Shown: positions 39,790 through 51,050, counted from the stretch's first letter. The stretch: 64,000 nucleotides of DNA from Candidatus Rifleibacteriota bacterium (GCA_015232575.1 JADFZL010000018.1:66264-130263); one strand, 5' to 3'. Numbers and translations are program-made. Notes: generated by a model from the sequence alone, not told the origin.

Positions 39790-40548
39790 TTATTCAAGCA
39801 CATACCAGTCATCACAACTAGTCTGATCAGTATATATTCTTTTATAACCAAAACGAACTAATAGATCAAATATTTTGCTTCTATTATCAGTAAAATTATG
39901 CTCACAAGTTATAGCTTTAAATTTATATAAAGAAAAATCAAATGAGTTGAGAATTTCAAACTCAGAACCCTCAGTATCAATGCTTAGATAGTCTATTAAA
40001 GATGGTGCATTGTGCTGCTTTAACAAATCCAGAAGTGAAACTGTTTCAACACTATAATTACGTGAGTTCGAACGAATCTTGCTGTGAAAATCAGAATCTT
40101 TGAAAGCCGTAATTGTGCTATGTGCAACAGCATAAACTTCTGAAAAATCAAGAGAAAGATTTGAATGGCTCCATACACACCTTGTATCAATTATAGCGTT
40201 CCTGTTTTGCCTCAATAATTCATGACAACTTCTTGCAGGCTCAACTAAAATACCAGACCAACCATATTTTTTTTCCAATAAATAAGTATTGCTATGTGTC
40301 AGTCCATCAAGAGCACCAAATTCTACAAAATAGCCACCCGTCTTATGTCTTAAATATTTCAACACAAACAAGTCCTGCAAAATCTGGGATTTTGTTCCAG
40401 AAAAATCTGCAAGAAGGTCAATCTTCAACTTATTTTCAGCCAGTGTCTTTTTCATTTCTTGTATTTCTTTAACTTGCTGATTTACTAATCCTATTATTTC
40501 ATTGATTTTATTTAACATACGCCACTCAACTTTTTCTATAAAAGCCAC
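39790..40548 (-). CDS. FkbM family methyltransferase
   Basis: SQILQDLFV, GYFVEFGALDGLTHSNT, WSGILVEP, IDYLSIDTEGSEFEIL, ITCEHN. Confidence 0.9.
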   Translation of the reverse strand: MAFIEKVEWRMLNKINEIIGLVNQQVKEIQEMKKTLAENKLKIDLLADFSGTKSQILQDLFVLKYLRHKTGGYFVEFGALDGLTHSNTYLLEKKYGWSGILVEPARSCHELLRQNRNAIIDTRCVWSHSNLSLDFSEVYAVAHSTITAFKDSDFHSKIRSNSRNYSVETVSLLDLLKQHNAPSLIDYLSIDTEGSEFEILNSFDFSLYKFKAITCEHNFTDNRSKIFDLLVRFGYKRIYTDQTSCDDWYVLE

Positions 40549-40879
40549 TTTTTTTCTAGCAGCTCAAATTTTTAGTTTTTTATATCGGGAGTTCCAGAAC
40601 CGTATCAATGAAGTATACTTCAGGTAGCAGTTGGTTGCAAAAAATACGAAAAACAGTTTTTGGCTCTGAAAAAACAGATAAAATGACTCTTAATAAGGAT
40701 TTCACGAATATTAAAGTAATGGACACGAGCTTAATTGAAAAACGCCATATTTGCAGTATCTGATCGTAGTTTAAGCCTGTTTTCAAAATAAAACTTCCGT
40801 TATAGTGCGAAAATTAACACCTTGAAACAAGTCATCTATATCCTATCATTAGATAATTTTATAGAGAACGTCATACAGG

Positions 40880-41728
40880 CTATTTGGATAGTATTCCAAG
40901 AATGCCATTATTATTGAATAACCGATAATCAGGATATCTCCTCTCAAGTTCAAATTGAATTTCGTTATCAATAGGCGATATAAATGTCGGCTGACATAGT
41001 TCTACCTGAAATCTTGAGTGGCGAAAGATATTAATATAATCCTCACTGAAATACCGATTAATTTGATTACTGTTATAAGTGTAGTAGATAATTTCTTCGG
41101 CAAATCGGCAATCAAATCTGGCTAGCAAGTCAAGATAAGCCTTTGTTCGAGTCTGAAGCAAATGTCCCCATGGACGAAAAATGTAATTTTGGTGTTCCAA
41201 GCTTTTGTCGAACCTGTCAGGAATACCAATCGGTAGATGGTGGCCATCAAAAGCGCTCCAAATAGGTGAAAACATCGTGAATAGTTTGCCACCGGGCTTG
41301 AGACAATGGAACATTTTTTCCAACGCCAACGGCAGTCGATCCATGTGTTCAAAACTGGCAATTGAGAAAACAAGATCATACTTCCCAAAGTGATCTTCAG
41401 GTATCTCCTCAATCCTCATAAACAAAAGTTTATAGCGACCTGCATATTCCATCTGTGCAGAAACATTTTGATCATTTCGGTGAAAATGATAATCATATCC
41501 TGCCTCCCGATAATACGAGAGTTCTTCTACGCCCGTCCAACTATTGCATCCCAAGTGATCTAAGACCAGAGATGGTGGCAATCCCCCCCCGACTTCAAGA
41601 ACATCAATGCTTTTAAGAGGAATATACTGTAGACAGCACTCCAAGTAATTCAGGTGATAGGTAATGCTATAGACCTTCTTATAATGTTCCAGTTGCTCTT
41701 GCGTCAGACCTAGAGGAAAGTGCTGCAT
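40880..41728 (-). CDS. Class I SAM-dependent methyltransferase
   Basis: DVLEVGG, YDLVFSIASFEH, LKPGG. Confidence 0.85.
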   Translation of the reverse strand: MQHFPLGLTQEQLEHYKKVYSITYHLNYLECCLQYIPLKSIDVLEVGGGLPPSLVLDHLGCNSWTGVEELSYYREAGYDYHFHRNDQNVSAQMEYAGRYKLLFMRIEEIPEDHFGKYDLVFSIASFEHMDRLPLALEKMFHCLKPGGKLFTMFSPIWSAFDGHHLPIGIPDRFDKSLEHQNYIFRPWGHLLQTRTKAYLDLLARFDCRFAEEIIYYTYNSNQINRYFSEDYINIFRHSRFQVELCQPTFISPIDNEIQFELERRYPDYRLFNNNGILGILSK

Positions 41729-41891
41729 AAAGTATCCTCTTTTAACATCACCAATACGACCTTAACTTTACACTCCGGTGAATGTGGTTTTCTTTTGTTT
41801 ATTCTACCATATTTTTTCAAATTTTTGTCTCAACCTTGGGAAACATTATAATACATTATATTTATTTCTTTCAACGTTTTAAATTCCAATT

Positions 41892-43691
41892 TTATTTCCT
41901 TGCCTCTATAAAAATCGAATTTACTTTACGTACAAGGCCATTTTTATCTTTATCAAGAAGGTAAGAATTAAACTCTGGAATATCACTTTCATCGTATCTA
42001 AAAAGCTTCATATTTACAAAACCAGCATCACGCAATAATTTTTCCACCCTATAGCGATCATACATCCAATTGCAATTTTCATTCTCTACCCATGATAATT
42101 TTGGAGGTTTAAATTGTAAGAGTTCTTTAATTGATAATTCATAGAAATATTCTGCTTCATTCTGCTTCGCCATTACTTTTTCAAGATTACCAAGATAATT
42201 TCTGACTATTTGCTCTAGATCAGAAACAACTAACCGAAGAATTCCATTATTCTTTAGTATTCTCAGGACTTCGGTAATAAAAAAAGCAGCTATTTCTTTT
42301 GGTAAATACTCCAACAGGTACGAAGCATATACGACATCAGTACTATTGTTCTTCAGAGGCAGTCCATTCGAAACATCCCACTTGATGAAATTAGGAGCTG
42401 ATGAGACAATATCAAAATTTAACCATCGAATATCATAACATTCACCACAGCCAACATTGGCATAAACACCTTCGCTTGCTAAAGGAAAACCATGATAAAT
42501 CTGCTTCTGGTCTTTTTCACATGATGCATTTAAAACTTTATTGGAATTATTTGATACTAATTTTTTCCTTTTTTCAGCTATAATATCAAAATAAAAATCG
42601 CTCAGTCTTTTTGTCTGTTTGTAAATATTAAAATACTCGGCTGCCATTTTCAAATTCTTTTTAGCACTAGAATATTTTTCAAGCAATTCAAAATCCCCAG
42701 AATACAATATTTCATCCAAGGTAAACCCAATCCTATATTTATTCGCATAATAACTAGTCATTTTTGCCCGAGGGTCAATAATAATTGGTAGGCCTGCTTC
42801 AATATAATCAAATACCTTATTAGCCATTCCATATTTGATCAGATATTCTGTGTTTTCAATATTTTCGAGAGAATATGGGTTAAATAAGCCAAGATCATAA
42901 TTTTTTAATTCAGACACTAAAGAATCATATGGCAAAGTCCTGTGAAGACGAAATTTTCCGGCAGAATCTTTTTCATAGTCAATGTATTCAGAAAAAACCT
43001 CATTGAAATTACTATTTTCCGGTGGATATACATGAAAGTTCATACCAGAGGTTATTATTTTTTTTGCAACTGACAATAACCCACGATCTTTGTATTCAGG
43101 AAAATACTTTTCAACCATAAACGAGCCACAATAAACAACATGAAGATCTTTTTTTGAAGAAACAATCTTTTGGGCTAATCCACTTTCATCCAAGCATCCA
43201 TCAAATAACAATATCCTTTTCTTCCCAGTGATTAAAGAAGTATCTTTTTTATAAACTTGAGTTACAAGACTTCTACAGCACAAAGCATCTGCCTTGTTAA
43301 AACAATATTGTTCAAGAGCACACGAATCTTTATGAGATTTATGATTTAATAAAAAATCATCAGTAAACATTTTGAAAATTGTATCATATGGATCAAGAAT
43401 AATTGGAATATGGTCTATATTATTAATTAAATGATACGAGACGATGTAGTCATAATGATTAAAAACATGAAAGATGTTAGGTTCAATTTCTCTTATCGAA
43501 GAAAATAGCTCTGAAACGGAAGAAAAATATACTACCTGAAAATGTGACTCACAAGTAGAAAAATCAGTCCCTTGAGGGCAAAGAAAAACAACATGCCAGC
43601 CATTTTTTTTCAATCCGAGCGCAAGTTTTTTTTCACGATGTCTCGGTATTCCTGAAACAAAAGCAACAATATTGGATCTATTGAGAATCAT
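41892..43691 (-). CDS. Glycosyltransferase (GT-B)-methyltransferase fusion protein
   Basis: N-terminal GT-B-like region (VVYCGS, YDLGL, NKVFDYIEAGLPII); C-terminal NVGCG...WLNFD...DVVYASYLLEYL...RILKNNGILRLVVSD methyltransferase-type domain. Confidence 0.75.
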   Translation of the reverse strand: MILNRSNIVAFVSGIPRHREKKLALGLKKNGWHVVFLCPQGTDFSTCESHFQVVYFSSVSELFSSIREIEPNIFHVFNHYDYIVSYHLINNIDHIPIILDPYDTIFKMFTDDFLLNHKSHKDSCALEQYCFNKADALCCRSLVTQVYKKDTSLITGKKRILLFDGCLDESGLAQKIVSSKKDLHVVYCGSFMVEKYFPEYKDRGLLSVAKKIITSGMNFHVYPPENSNFNEVFSEYIDYEKDSAGKFRLHRTLPYDSLVSELKNYDLGLFNPYSLENIENTEYLIKYGMANKVFDYIEAGLPIIIDPRAKMTSYYANKYRIGFTLDEILYSGDFELLEKYSSAKKNLKMAAEYFNIYKQTKRLSDFYFDIIAEKRKKLVSNNSNKVLNASCEKDQKQIYHGFPLASEGVYANVGCGECYDIRWLNFDIVSSAPNFIKWDVSNGLPLKNNSTDVVYASYLLEYLPKEIAAFFITEVLRILKNNGILRLVVSDLEQIVRNYLGNLEKVMAKQNEAEYFYELSIKELLQFKPPKLSWVENENCNWMYDRYRVEKLLRDAGFVNMKLFRYDESDIPEFNSYLLDKDKNGLVRKVNSIFIEARK

Positions 43692-43967
43692 TATTTCTAA
43701 CCTTTCGGAAAACTGTTGTGGTGTAACGAAAACTTTTTTACTGCAATACTCCTCATACTGATTTTCCCGAGAAAATCTTACAAAACTTTCACAGTATTAG
43801 ACATTTTTTTTCTACAAATCATTCATTTTTGATAATTCTCAAATGTCGCGAATTTTGTTGTTTTCCTTTATATCTACAAAGAAGACCAGCACTTCAGTTG
43901 AATATTGTAAATTTTATGAACAAAATCTATTTATTGTTTACTTCAAGGAAAATTAGTTTATTGCCAA

Positions 43968-45224
43968 TTACTTGTTATTGTTGTTGTATGCATCGAACAT
44001 CGTGTACATACTTGCGATATAATTTTCCATTTCGTCAGACAAATTGACTACACTTCGTTCGTTAAGCTGAAATAAATCCTTATAAACCAATCCGGAGGTT
44101 TTGAAGTAATCGTCATAGATTTTAGTTCCGGGGTAGGGCGTAAATCGATTCAGAGATACAAATGTTGGACGTATTGTATTGATTAACTCTACCGTCATCT
44201 TCATGTCGTCAATGGTCTCAAATGGAAAACCAGTTATAAAAAAGGCGGACCATTGAATACCTGACTCGTTAAGCCAGCGAGTCCTCCTAACAATCTCCTC
44301 AACCCTGAGTCGTTTTTCTATTTTATCCAATATTCGTTGCGAACCGCTTTCAACGCCGATGTAAAGTCTACTCCCGCCATATTTTATGAATCTTTCGATC
44401 TTTTCAGGCGAGAGGGCCATTACTCGAGCTCCTACGCTGAACGCAAGGCCATATTCCCTGAAGAGATTGGTGACTGACTCGAAATGCCTTTGATTAGAGA
44501 AAAAGCAGTCATCCATTGTTGTAATTGAGGCTGTTGCGTGATACTTCTCCCAGATCTCCTCTACTTCAGACCTCAGATTTTCCAGATCACGATAAATCAT
44601 TGCCTTTTCAAATGAGTGGCAACAGAAAGTGCATGTGTTAGGGCAACCCGAGGATGTCATAAGAGTTGAAAAGAAATCAGCAGAGTAAACATCCTGGTCA
44701 AGAATAAGTCTTCTGTTAGGTTTACGATTTATTAGGTTCGGTATTGCACTCACAATGTGGTCGAAATAAGGGCCAAAGTCACATCCAGGATGGCTTTTGA
44801 GCATCCCCTGAACATGAGGTCCTCCAAGCATCGTGACAACTCGGTCGCCTAAAATCTCCTTTGCTATGCGGGCAACGATATCGGCAGAATCAATTTTGGG
44901 TGTAATGGATGAGAGACCGACCACGTCAGGCCGTAATTCTTCAATGGTCCGTCTGACTTCCTGCCATATGTGATGATTATCATCGGCAAGAGCTTCTTCG
45001 TAATGATGATAATTTCTGCGGACTTCTTCTCGTGCCAAAGAACGACAATCCAGTGTTGGTCGGTCGGCATCGTAAACACAGGCTTGGTGGCCCATTTCTT
45101 CCAGATAAGTGGCAACAAGTGTCAGAGTCACAGGGTAATACCAGCGCTGGTAGCCGAAAAAACGATAGAAAGGTGGTTCGATCAAAAGCACCTTTGATTT
45201 TGGTTTGATAAATTTCATATGCAC
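43968..45224 (-). CDS. B12-binding domain radical SAM protein
   Basis: KVLLIEPP, PDVVGLS, GGPH (cobalamin-binding fold), SSGCPNTCTFC, DDCF, GVESGSQRIL, ITGFPFET, TPYPGT. Confidence 0.9.
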   Translation of the reverse strand: MHMKFIKPKSKVLLIEPPFYRFFGYQRWYYPVTLTLVATYLEEMGHQACVYDADRPTLDCRSLAREEVRRNYHHYEEALADDNHHIWQEVRRTIEELRPDVVGLSSITPKIDSADIVARIAKEILGDRVVTMLGGPHVQGMLKSHPGCDFGPYFDHIVSAIPNLINRKPNRRLILDQDVYSADFFSTLMTSSGCPNTCTFCCHSFEKAMIYRDLENLRSEVEEIWEKYHATASITTMDDCFFSNQRHFESVTNLFREYGLAFSVGARVMALSPEKIERFIKYGGSRLYIGVESGSQRILDKIEKRLRVEEIVRRTRWLNESGIQWSAFFITGFPFETIDDMKMTVELINTIRPTFVSLNRFTPYPGTKIYDDYFKTSGLVYKDLFQLNERSVVNLSDEMENYIASMYTMFDAYNNNNK

Positions 45225-45704
45225 TTGAACAATTCCTGATGTGAACCGATAAATTTAGTGAAGGGAACTATATTTAAGCTGTTCCATATCGCGCTTGTCA
45301 ATACCTTGAATTGAAAAAATCTCCTGACTTAAGACTCCGATCATCAAACTGTGTTTATTTATAAGTCTTGCTGCTGAACATGATACCTAGAATCAAAAAA
45401 TACTTCAGCATCAATGTAATTGTGCGAGGAGCAGGAAAAAAAGTCTACAGTGAGTTCTCTTAGCAACGATAGACTTTCCTGACAATAGTTTCCCTCTTTT
45501 TGATAATGGGTTAAAAAATCATCCCCAGCAAAAAACGGCTTATCTGAAAAGCTTTTCCACAAAACGCAACAGCTTATTGAAACAAGTTTTGTCAGCCCCA
45601 CACCGCAAATAAGAAATACGAACCTGCATAAAGAGGGGAACTTACTTGTGCTGTGGAAAACAAATTTCATGAGATCTCGCTTGCTTTGGTGAAGTTATCG
45701 AAGT

Positions 45705-47330
45705 CTATACCGTCAGGTTCTTGGAAAAATGTTGTATCTTGCTCGCCACTCTATTCAACAGCGTTTCATTATTCGTGATTTTAGCAATGGAAAGGAAGGT
45801 AACAAGAGAAATTATTATCCTAGGCAACAGAGCAGTCTTGGGCAAATTATATTCATTCCGGTAATTTTCCAGCTCTCTCTGGGTAACCCCATCCAATTGT
45901 CCAATAAGTAGTCCCATTTCCTCATCATGCTGCAAAAAATACTTTTTTATGCAGACGCTTTCATTATTGACAGGATTAACAAAGGTCACATCATGCGTCG
46001 GATATTTTTCAGATGAGAAAATTGCAGATCCAGGAAATGAAAGCATGTGGGTGACAAGACTTATTTGGCATGGGCTGTCCATATACTGGATAACCTGTCT
46101 GACGGTTTCCAGCAATTCATCTGTCGTGCTTTCTGGAATTCCAAGAATTAGATTGATGGTAGGATAGAGGTTATTTTCTAGCAATCCTTTCAAGACAGCA
46201 TGACATTTTTCGCTCGTAATACCCTTGCTTATAGACGCACTGCTCAGCAACCGGTCTGAAAATGTTTCTACTCCCAACGAAATGTTATGAAATCCAGCTT
46301 TTGAAAGAGCCTGCATCAGCCGGTGGTTTACGGTAGAAACCCCTTCACAGTCCTTTATCAAAAAACAGTTCGGTCTCGTCTGGCAACTGAAGCGAATATT
46401 TTCCGGCAATTCCCTCTTCTGTTTCGAAGCAATTATCAAATTGCAAATATCTATCGCGCGCTCAATCCCCGCCTTGTTCCCAATGAGAAAATCTTCGTCA
46501 TTGATGGAAAAACTTTTAGCCCCGTATTTCGTTACAAAGTGAACTATGAGATGGTGAACCTGCTCTGCCGTGAGACTCATCGGCTTTAACGCAGATCCCT
46601 GTGCCTCCTTGAGAAAATCGGGACAACAACAAAAACCGCATCGGGCAAGGCACTTGCTCGTAGTCAGAAGCCTTCCATTCTCAATGATGTAGGAGCGATT
46701 GTTTGCCAATAGTATACCGGTCGCTTTTTTTCTCATGAAGCCCCAATATCTATCGTAGGGTAAGTCTATATCGATAACATTACGGTACATGAGCTGTTCG
46801 AATTTCACGTTAGTAAGAGACTTAGCCGGATTATGAACCATACATCCGTGATCATCAAGAAAAGCAACGCCGTCACACCCTTTGAGGAATTCGCGATAAC
46901 TTGACTTAGAGCTTCCAAATTTCAAGCATATTTCCAGCAAAGCTTCTTCTGCATAACCGAGACAAACCACATCAAATCCGCACTTCAACCATTGCTTGTA
47001 GTTGATGGTGGCCTGCACACCTCCCGCGATGAACAGGCAATGTTTACCAATCCGGCGATAGATCTCCTTCAATGAATGTAGGAAATTTAGATCTTCAAGC
47101 ATTCTCCAGTGAGTGACGCTTATGCCTATAATGTCGTAAATACCATTCTCAAGATCAAGCAAATAATCGCATTCTAAATTTAGCTGATGATCCACCACAT
47201 CGCAGCGTATTCCGCTACTGTTCAGAACATGTCGCAAATTATACAAACCAATAGGAACTGACAAACTGTCAGGTGTTTCTTCCGCTGGTGATTTCGAGGT
47301 GAACAGAATAACTGCAGGTAAAACACTCAT
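45705..47330 (-). CDS. B12-binding domain radical SAM protein
   Basis: PIGLYNL, DIIGIS, AGGVQAT, CLARCGFC, DEDF, LGVET, ILGIPEST. Confidence 0.85.
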   Translation of the reverse strand: MSVLPAVILFTSKSPAEETPDSLSVPIGLYNLRHVLNSSGIRCDVVDHQLNLECDYLLDLENGIYDIIGISVTHWRMLEDLNFLHSLKEIYRRIGKHCLFIAGGVQATINYKQWLKCGFDVVCLGYAEEALLEICLKFGSSKSSYREFLKGCDGVAFLDDHGCMVHNPAKSLTNVKFEQLMYRNVIDIDLPYDRYWGFMRKKATGILLANNRSYIIENGRLLTTSKCLARCGFCCCPDFLKEAQGSALKPMSLTAEQVHHLIVHFVTKYGAKSFSINDEDFLIGNKAGIERAIDICNLIIASKQKRELPENIRFSCQTRPNCFLIKDCEGVSTVNHRLMQALSKAGFHNISLGVETFSDRLLSSASISKGITSEKCHAVLKGLLENNLYPTINLILGIPESTTDELLETVRQVIQYMDSPCQISLVTHMLSFPGSAIFSSEKYPTHDVTFVNPVNNESVCIKKYFLQHDEEMGLLIGQLDGVTQRELENYRNEYNLPKTALLPRIIISLVTFLSIAKITNNETLLNRVASKIQHFSKNLTV

Positions 47331-47761
47331 TTTGCATTACCTTCCCCTGCATTGAATCCAAGATAGAAACTTAAATTTTTCGTTTCAAAAAGTTCCTTCA
47401 ATTTTGGACGTTTTTCTCCTAGAATAATTAACCATGGAGCAATCTACGTTTTAATAAAAGAATATAAATTAGACGCCACTAATTATAGCGCTTTATTAAA
47501 AAAAAGCAAGTGGAAGTTTGACATTTATCCAGGAATTATCTATTACCATTAAAACAACTATAAATAGATGTTTATATAGAATGACTTTATTCGATGTCTT
47601 AGCAATAAAAGTTTTGTTAATGCAGATTTAAAAGAATTTTGATGGATAATTCCTGACATTTATCATTGTCTTTTGTCAAAATATTTGTTAAACTCATATG
47701 GTTGTTCACAGTTTTTGATGATGGTCAAATAATTCTAATTTTTTTAGGGAAAAACGGCTAA

Positions 47762-49036
47762 TTGAAAAAGCATTTTCAAAATCAACGAAAAGTAACTTCC
47801 TTCCAAACACTTCAGTACAGGTATGATCAGAACTGTAGACTGTGTGGGAGTGAGCGTATTTCATCAGCCCTCAAGCTACAAGATACTCCACTAGAAGACC
47901 AGTTTTTAAAAGTGCCCACCTTTCAACCTACGTTTCCTCTAGAGTTAGCCCTTTGTGAAAACTGTGGCTATCTTCATTTACCCTACATTATTAGTCCCGA
48001 AGCTAGTTACTCTGATTATATGTATGTAAGCGGTGTAACTGTGGGTCTTAGAAACCATTACGATGCGTATGCCGAAGAAATAGTTACCAATTATAATATT
48101 CCCAAAGGGTCATTGATTGTGGATTTAGGAAGTAATGATGGTTCGATGCTGGCTTCTTTCAAGCGTATCGGAATGCAAGTGCAAGGGGTAGAACCAGCTA
48201 CTGCAACAGCTAAACTTGCCAATGACAATGGCTTACAGACCATCAACGATTTCTTTACCGATAATGTTGCAACCCAAATTATTCAAGAGTATGGCATGGC
48301 TCAGGTTGTGACTGCAAACTACGTTTATGCAAATATTGACGATGTGATTAGTTTTACTAAAGCTGTTGTTAAACTTCTTTCTCCAAGCGGCATATTTGTT
48401 GTAGAGACGGGGTATCATCCAGAGCAAATGAATATTAATATGTTTGATTATATATATCATGAGCACTTTTCCTATTTCACGGTCGAAGTTTTAAAAAATC
48501 TTTTTTCTAAATGTAGTCTAGAATTAATACGAGCTACTAAAACAACTCCTAAAGGCGGTTCCATCCAGCTTGTTTGTCAACCGTCAGAAAAGCAAAAAAC
48601 TGTTGCAGACTCAGTAGAAAAATTGATTTCTGATGAATATAGACTTGGAATGCGTAACATAGAAACCTACCATCATTTTGGGAAAAAAATTCAGAATATT
48701 AAAAACAATTTACTTGACTTCCTTAAAAATATAAAATCCAAGGGTGAGAAAATAATTGGTTTTGGTGCTTCCCATAGCACGACAACCTTAATGTATCACT
48801 TTGAACTCGCTCCTTATTTAGACTTTTTAGTAGATGACAATCAGTTAAAACATGGAACTTTTTCACCAGGACATCATATACCTGTCCATCCTTCGAGTAG
48901 GCTTTATGAAGAGAACCCTGCTCATGTGTTAGTACTTGCTTGGCAACACCAAAAAACTATTCTTGAGAAACATAGTTCTCTGATAAAGAAAGGATTTAAG
49001 TTTATACTTCCTTTGCCAGAATTTAGAATTGTGTAG
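47762..49036 (+). CDS. NDP-hexose 3-C-methyltransferase family protein
   Basis: Zn ligands CRLC/CENC, DLGSNDGSML, GVEPA, FDYIYHEHFSYF, GGSI, GFGA, VDDNQLKHG, FILPLP. Confidence 0.88.
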   Translation: MKKHFQNQRKVTSFQTLQYRYDQNCRLCGSERISSALKLQDTPLEDQFLKVPTFQPTFPLELALCENCGYLHLPYIISPEASYSDYMYVSGVTVGLRNHYDAYAEEIVTNYNIPKGSLIVDLGSNDGSMLASFKRIGMQVQGVEPATATAKLANDNGLQTINDFFTDNVATQIIQEYGMAQVVTANYVYANIDDVISFTKAVVKLLSPSGIFVVETGYHPEQMNINMFDYIYHEHFSYFTVEVLKNLFSKCSLELIRATKTTPKGGSIQLVCQPSEKQKTVADSVEKLISDEYRLGMRNIETYHHFGKKIQNIKNNLLDFLKNIKSKGEKIIGFGASHSTTTLMYHFELAPYLDFLVDDNQLKHGTFSPGHHIPVHPSSRLYEENPAHVLVLAWQHQKTILEKHSSLIKKGFKFILPLPEFRIV

Positions 49037-49047
49037 AGATAACTAAA

Positions 49048-50133
49048 ATGTCTTATAAAATTAACTGGTGGCGAACCTCTTTTGGTGAAGAAGAAATCAA
49101 CAGAGTGGCTCAATCTATTCGATCAGAGTGTGTAAGCCAAGGTAAGGTAACTTGCGAATTTGAGCGAAAGCTGGAAGAATTACTGCAAGTTAGGCATGTT
49201 GTTGCTGTTTCTAGCGGTAGCGTTGCCTTATTGAGTGCATTAATGGCAATTGGAATTAAACCTGGCGACGAGATAATTATCCCCAACCGTACTTGGATTG
49301 CAACAGCACATGCTGTTAAATTGTTAGGGGGCAAAGTTGTTCCCGTCGATGTAGAAGTTAATAGACCGATCATTGACGTAAACCAGATTTCGAAGGCAAT
49401 AACTTCGCAAACTCGTGCCATTATTCCGGTACATATGAATGGACGTTCTGCCGATATGCGCCGGATTCGGGAAATTGCAAAAAAATATCATCTTTTTGTA
49501 ATCGAAGATGCTGCTCAAGCAATTGCTTCAAAAAATGCTGATGGATTTCTAGGCACTCAATCCGATATTGGTTGCTTTTCTTTGTCAGTTGCTAAAACAA
49601 TTGCAACTGGCCAAGGTGGCTTCGTGGTAACGAATACTGATAATCTTGCAGAAAAATTACGTTCCATAAGAACCCACGGAGTCGAAAATGTAAAAGACCC
49701 TGGGAGGTGGGTTATGCAAGGATTCAATTTTCGCTTTACAGATGTTCTTGCATCAATAGGTATTGAGCAACTCAAGCGACTAGCTGGAAGATTGGATTAC
49801 CTCCGAGAATTATATCACATCTATGAATCCGGTCTTAAGGATTCCCCGTTCAAAATCATTCCTGTCGATATTGAAACAGGTGAGATCCCCGTCTACAATG
49901 AGTTTCTTGTTGACAATCGCCAATGGTGGATAAATCGTCTTGAAGAATCAGAAATCGAAACTCGTCCATTTTATCCTAATGTTGATCAGGCAGACTACTT
50001 GGAGGTTCCTTCTCACAACTTTCCGAATTCCGCCAAGTATAGTCTTTGCGGAATTTATTTGCCCAGTGGTCCTTCTCAGTCGGTAAGTAATATTCGGAGT
50101 GTTATAGCTGAGGTTAATAATTGCAAAAAATAA
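49048..50133 (+). CDS. DegT/DnrJ/EryC1/StrS NDP-sugar aminotransferase
   Basis: AVSSGSVAL, IIPVHMNG, IEDAAQA, CFSLSVAKTIATGQGG (PLP lysine), GFNFR, YLPS. Confidence 0.92.
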   Translation: MSYKINWWRTSFGEEEINRVAQSIRSECVSQGKVTCEFERKLEELLQVRHVVAVSSGSVALLSALMAIGIKPGDEIIIPNRTWIATAHAVKLLGGKVVPVDVEVNRPIIDVNQISKAITSQTRAIIPVHMNGRSADMRRIREIAKKYHLFVIEDAAQAIASKNADGFLGTQSDIGCFSLSVAKTIATGQGGFVVTNTDNLAEKLRSIRTHGVENVKDPGRWVMQGFNFRFTDVLASIGIEQLKRLAGRLDYLRELYHIYESGLKDSPFKIIPVDIETGEIPVYNEFLVDNRQWWINRLEESEIETRPFYPNVDQADYLEVPSHNFPNSAKYSLCGIYLPSGPSQSVSNIRSVIAEVNNCKK

Positions 50134-51050
50134 AGTTTTTATTGCTTGGAACTTCAGAGTTTACGATTATATGCGCAAATTATCTTCTTGATTCAGGTTG
50201 CGTTGTGTCTGGAATGGTAACCCTCACCCCAGAACTGCTACCAAATAATTCTGTCTCATTTGAAAATTTTTGCGCCGAAAAAAATATTCCTCTTTTAATA
50301 GTGGAAGATATAAATAATATAACTTCACTTTCTAAACTCAAACAATTTGACTCTGATTATATTTTGAGTACCTGGCCAAAAATTTTGTCGAATGCAATTC
50401 TTTCAATACCAAGGTATTTTACAATTGGCAGCCATCCGACACCACTTCCAATGTCTCGCGGGAGACATCCTTTACACTGGCTAATCTGCTTAGGTATTCC
50501 AAATACTGCCCTTACTTTTTTCCGCATGGACAATGGAATTGATACTGGTTCTATTCTATTACAAAAGTATTTTCCTGTAGGCAATTCGATTCACGATGCA
50601 AATTCTAATATGTCAAATGCTGCCAAAGAAGCAATTTTTCTATTAGTTGATACTCTTACAAAATATCCAGAATTTAAAGGTACAAAGCAAGAGGAGAATT
50701 ATTCAAACTATTGGAGAAAAAAAGATATACACGACATTACTCTTGATCCACGGATGTCTGCCTCAATGGCATTAAGAATAGTAAATTCATTTAGTCCACC
50801 TTACCCGGGTGCTGTCTTGATAATATCAAGAGAAGAATCCTTGAGAATTTTATCCGGTTCGATCGTTTCTGTATCAACAAAGTTTCCAAATTGGAAGAAC
50901 TACGAGCACGGATATATTTTTTATCATAGTAATAATGAAATAACATTGCGTTTTGATGATGCTGTTCTTTCACTCATTTTTTTTCCTTCTGGAAAAAAAA
51001 CGGCATGTGAGCCTGGAAAAAAGATTCGACCACCATCGTTTTATTCTTAA
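50121..51050 (+). CDS. Sugar N-formyltransferase (FMT family)
   Basis: LLGTSEF, HPTPLPMSRGRHPLHW, MDNGIDTG, PYPGA; overlaps the aminotransferase stop. Confidence 0.8.
   Translation: MQKIKFLLLGTSEFTIICANYLLDSGCVVSGMVTLTPELLPNNSVSFENFCAEKNIPLLIVEDINNITSLSKLKQFDSDYILSTWPKILSNAILSIPRYFTIGSHPTPLPMSRGRHPLHWLICLGIPNTALTFFRMDNGIDTGSILLQKYFPVGNSIHDANSNMSNAAKEAIFLLVDTLTKYPEFKGTKQEENYSNYWRKKDIHDITLDPRMSASMALRIVNSFSPPYPGAVLIISREESLRILSGSIVSVSTKFPNWKNYEHGYIFYHSNNEITLRFDDAVLSLIFFPSGKKTACEPGKKIRPPSFYS

Noticed and set aside
40580-40786. 68-aa intergenic ORF
   Set aside because: No recognisable motif or SD; likely spurious.
45359-45670. 103-aa ORF between the two B12 radical-SAM genes as a RiPP precursor or real gene
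   Set aside because: No recognisable family, leader/core pattern or clear RBS. It cannot be fully excluded without a homology search.
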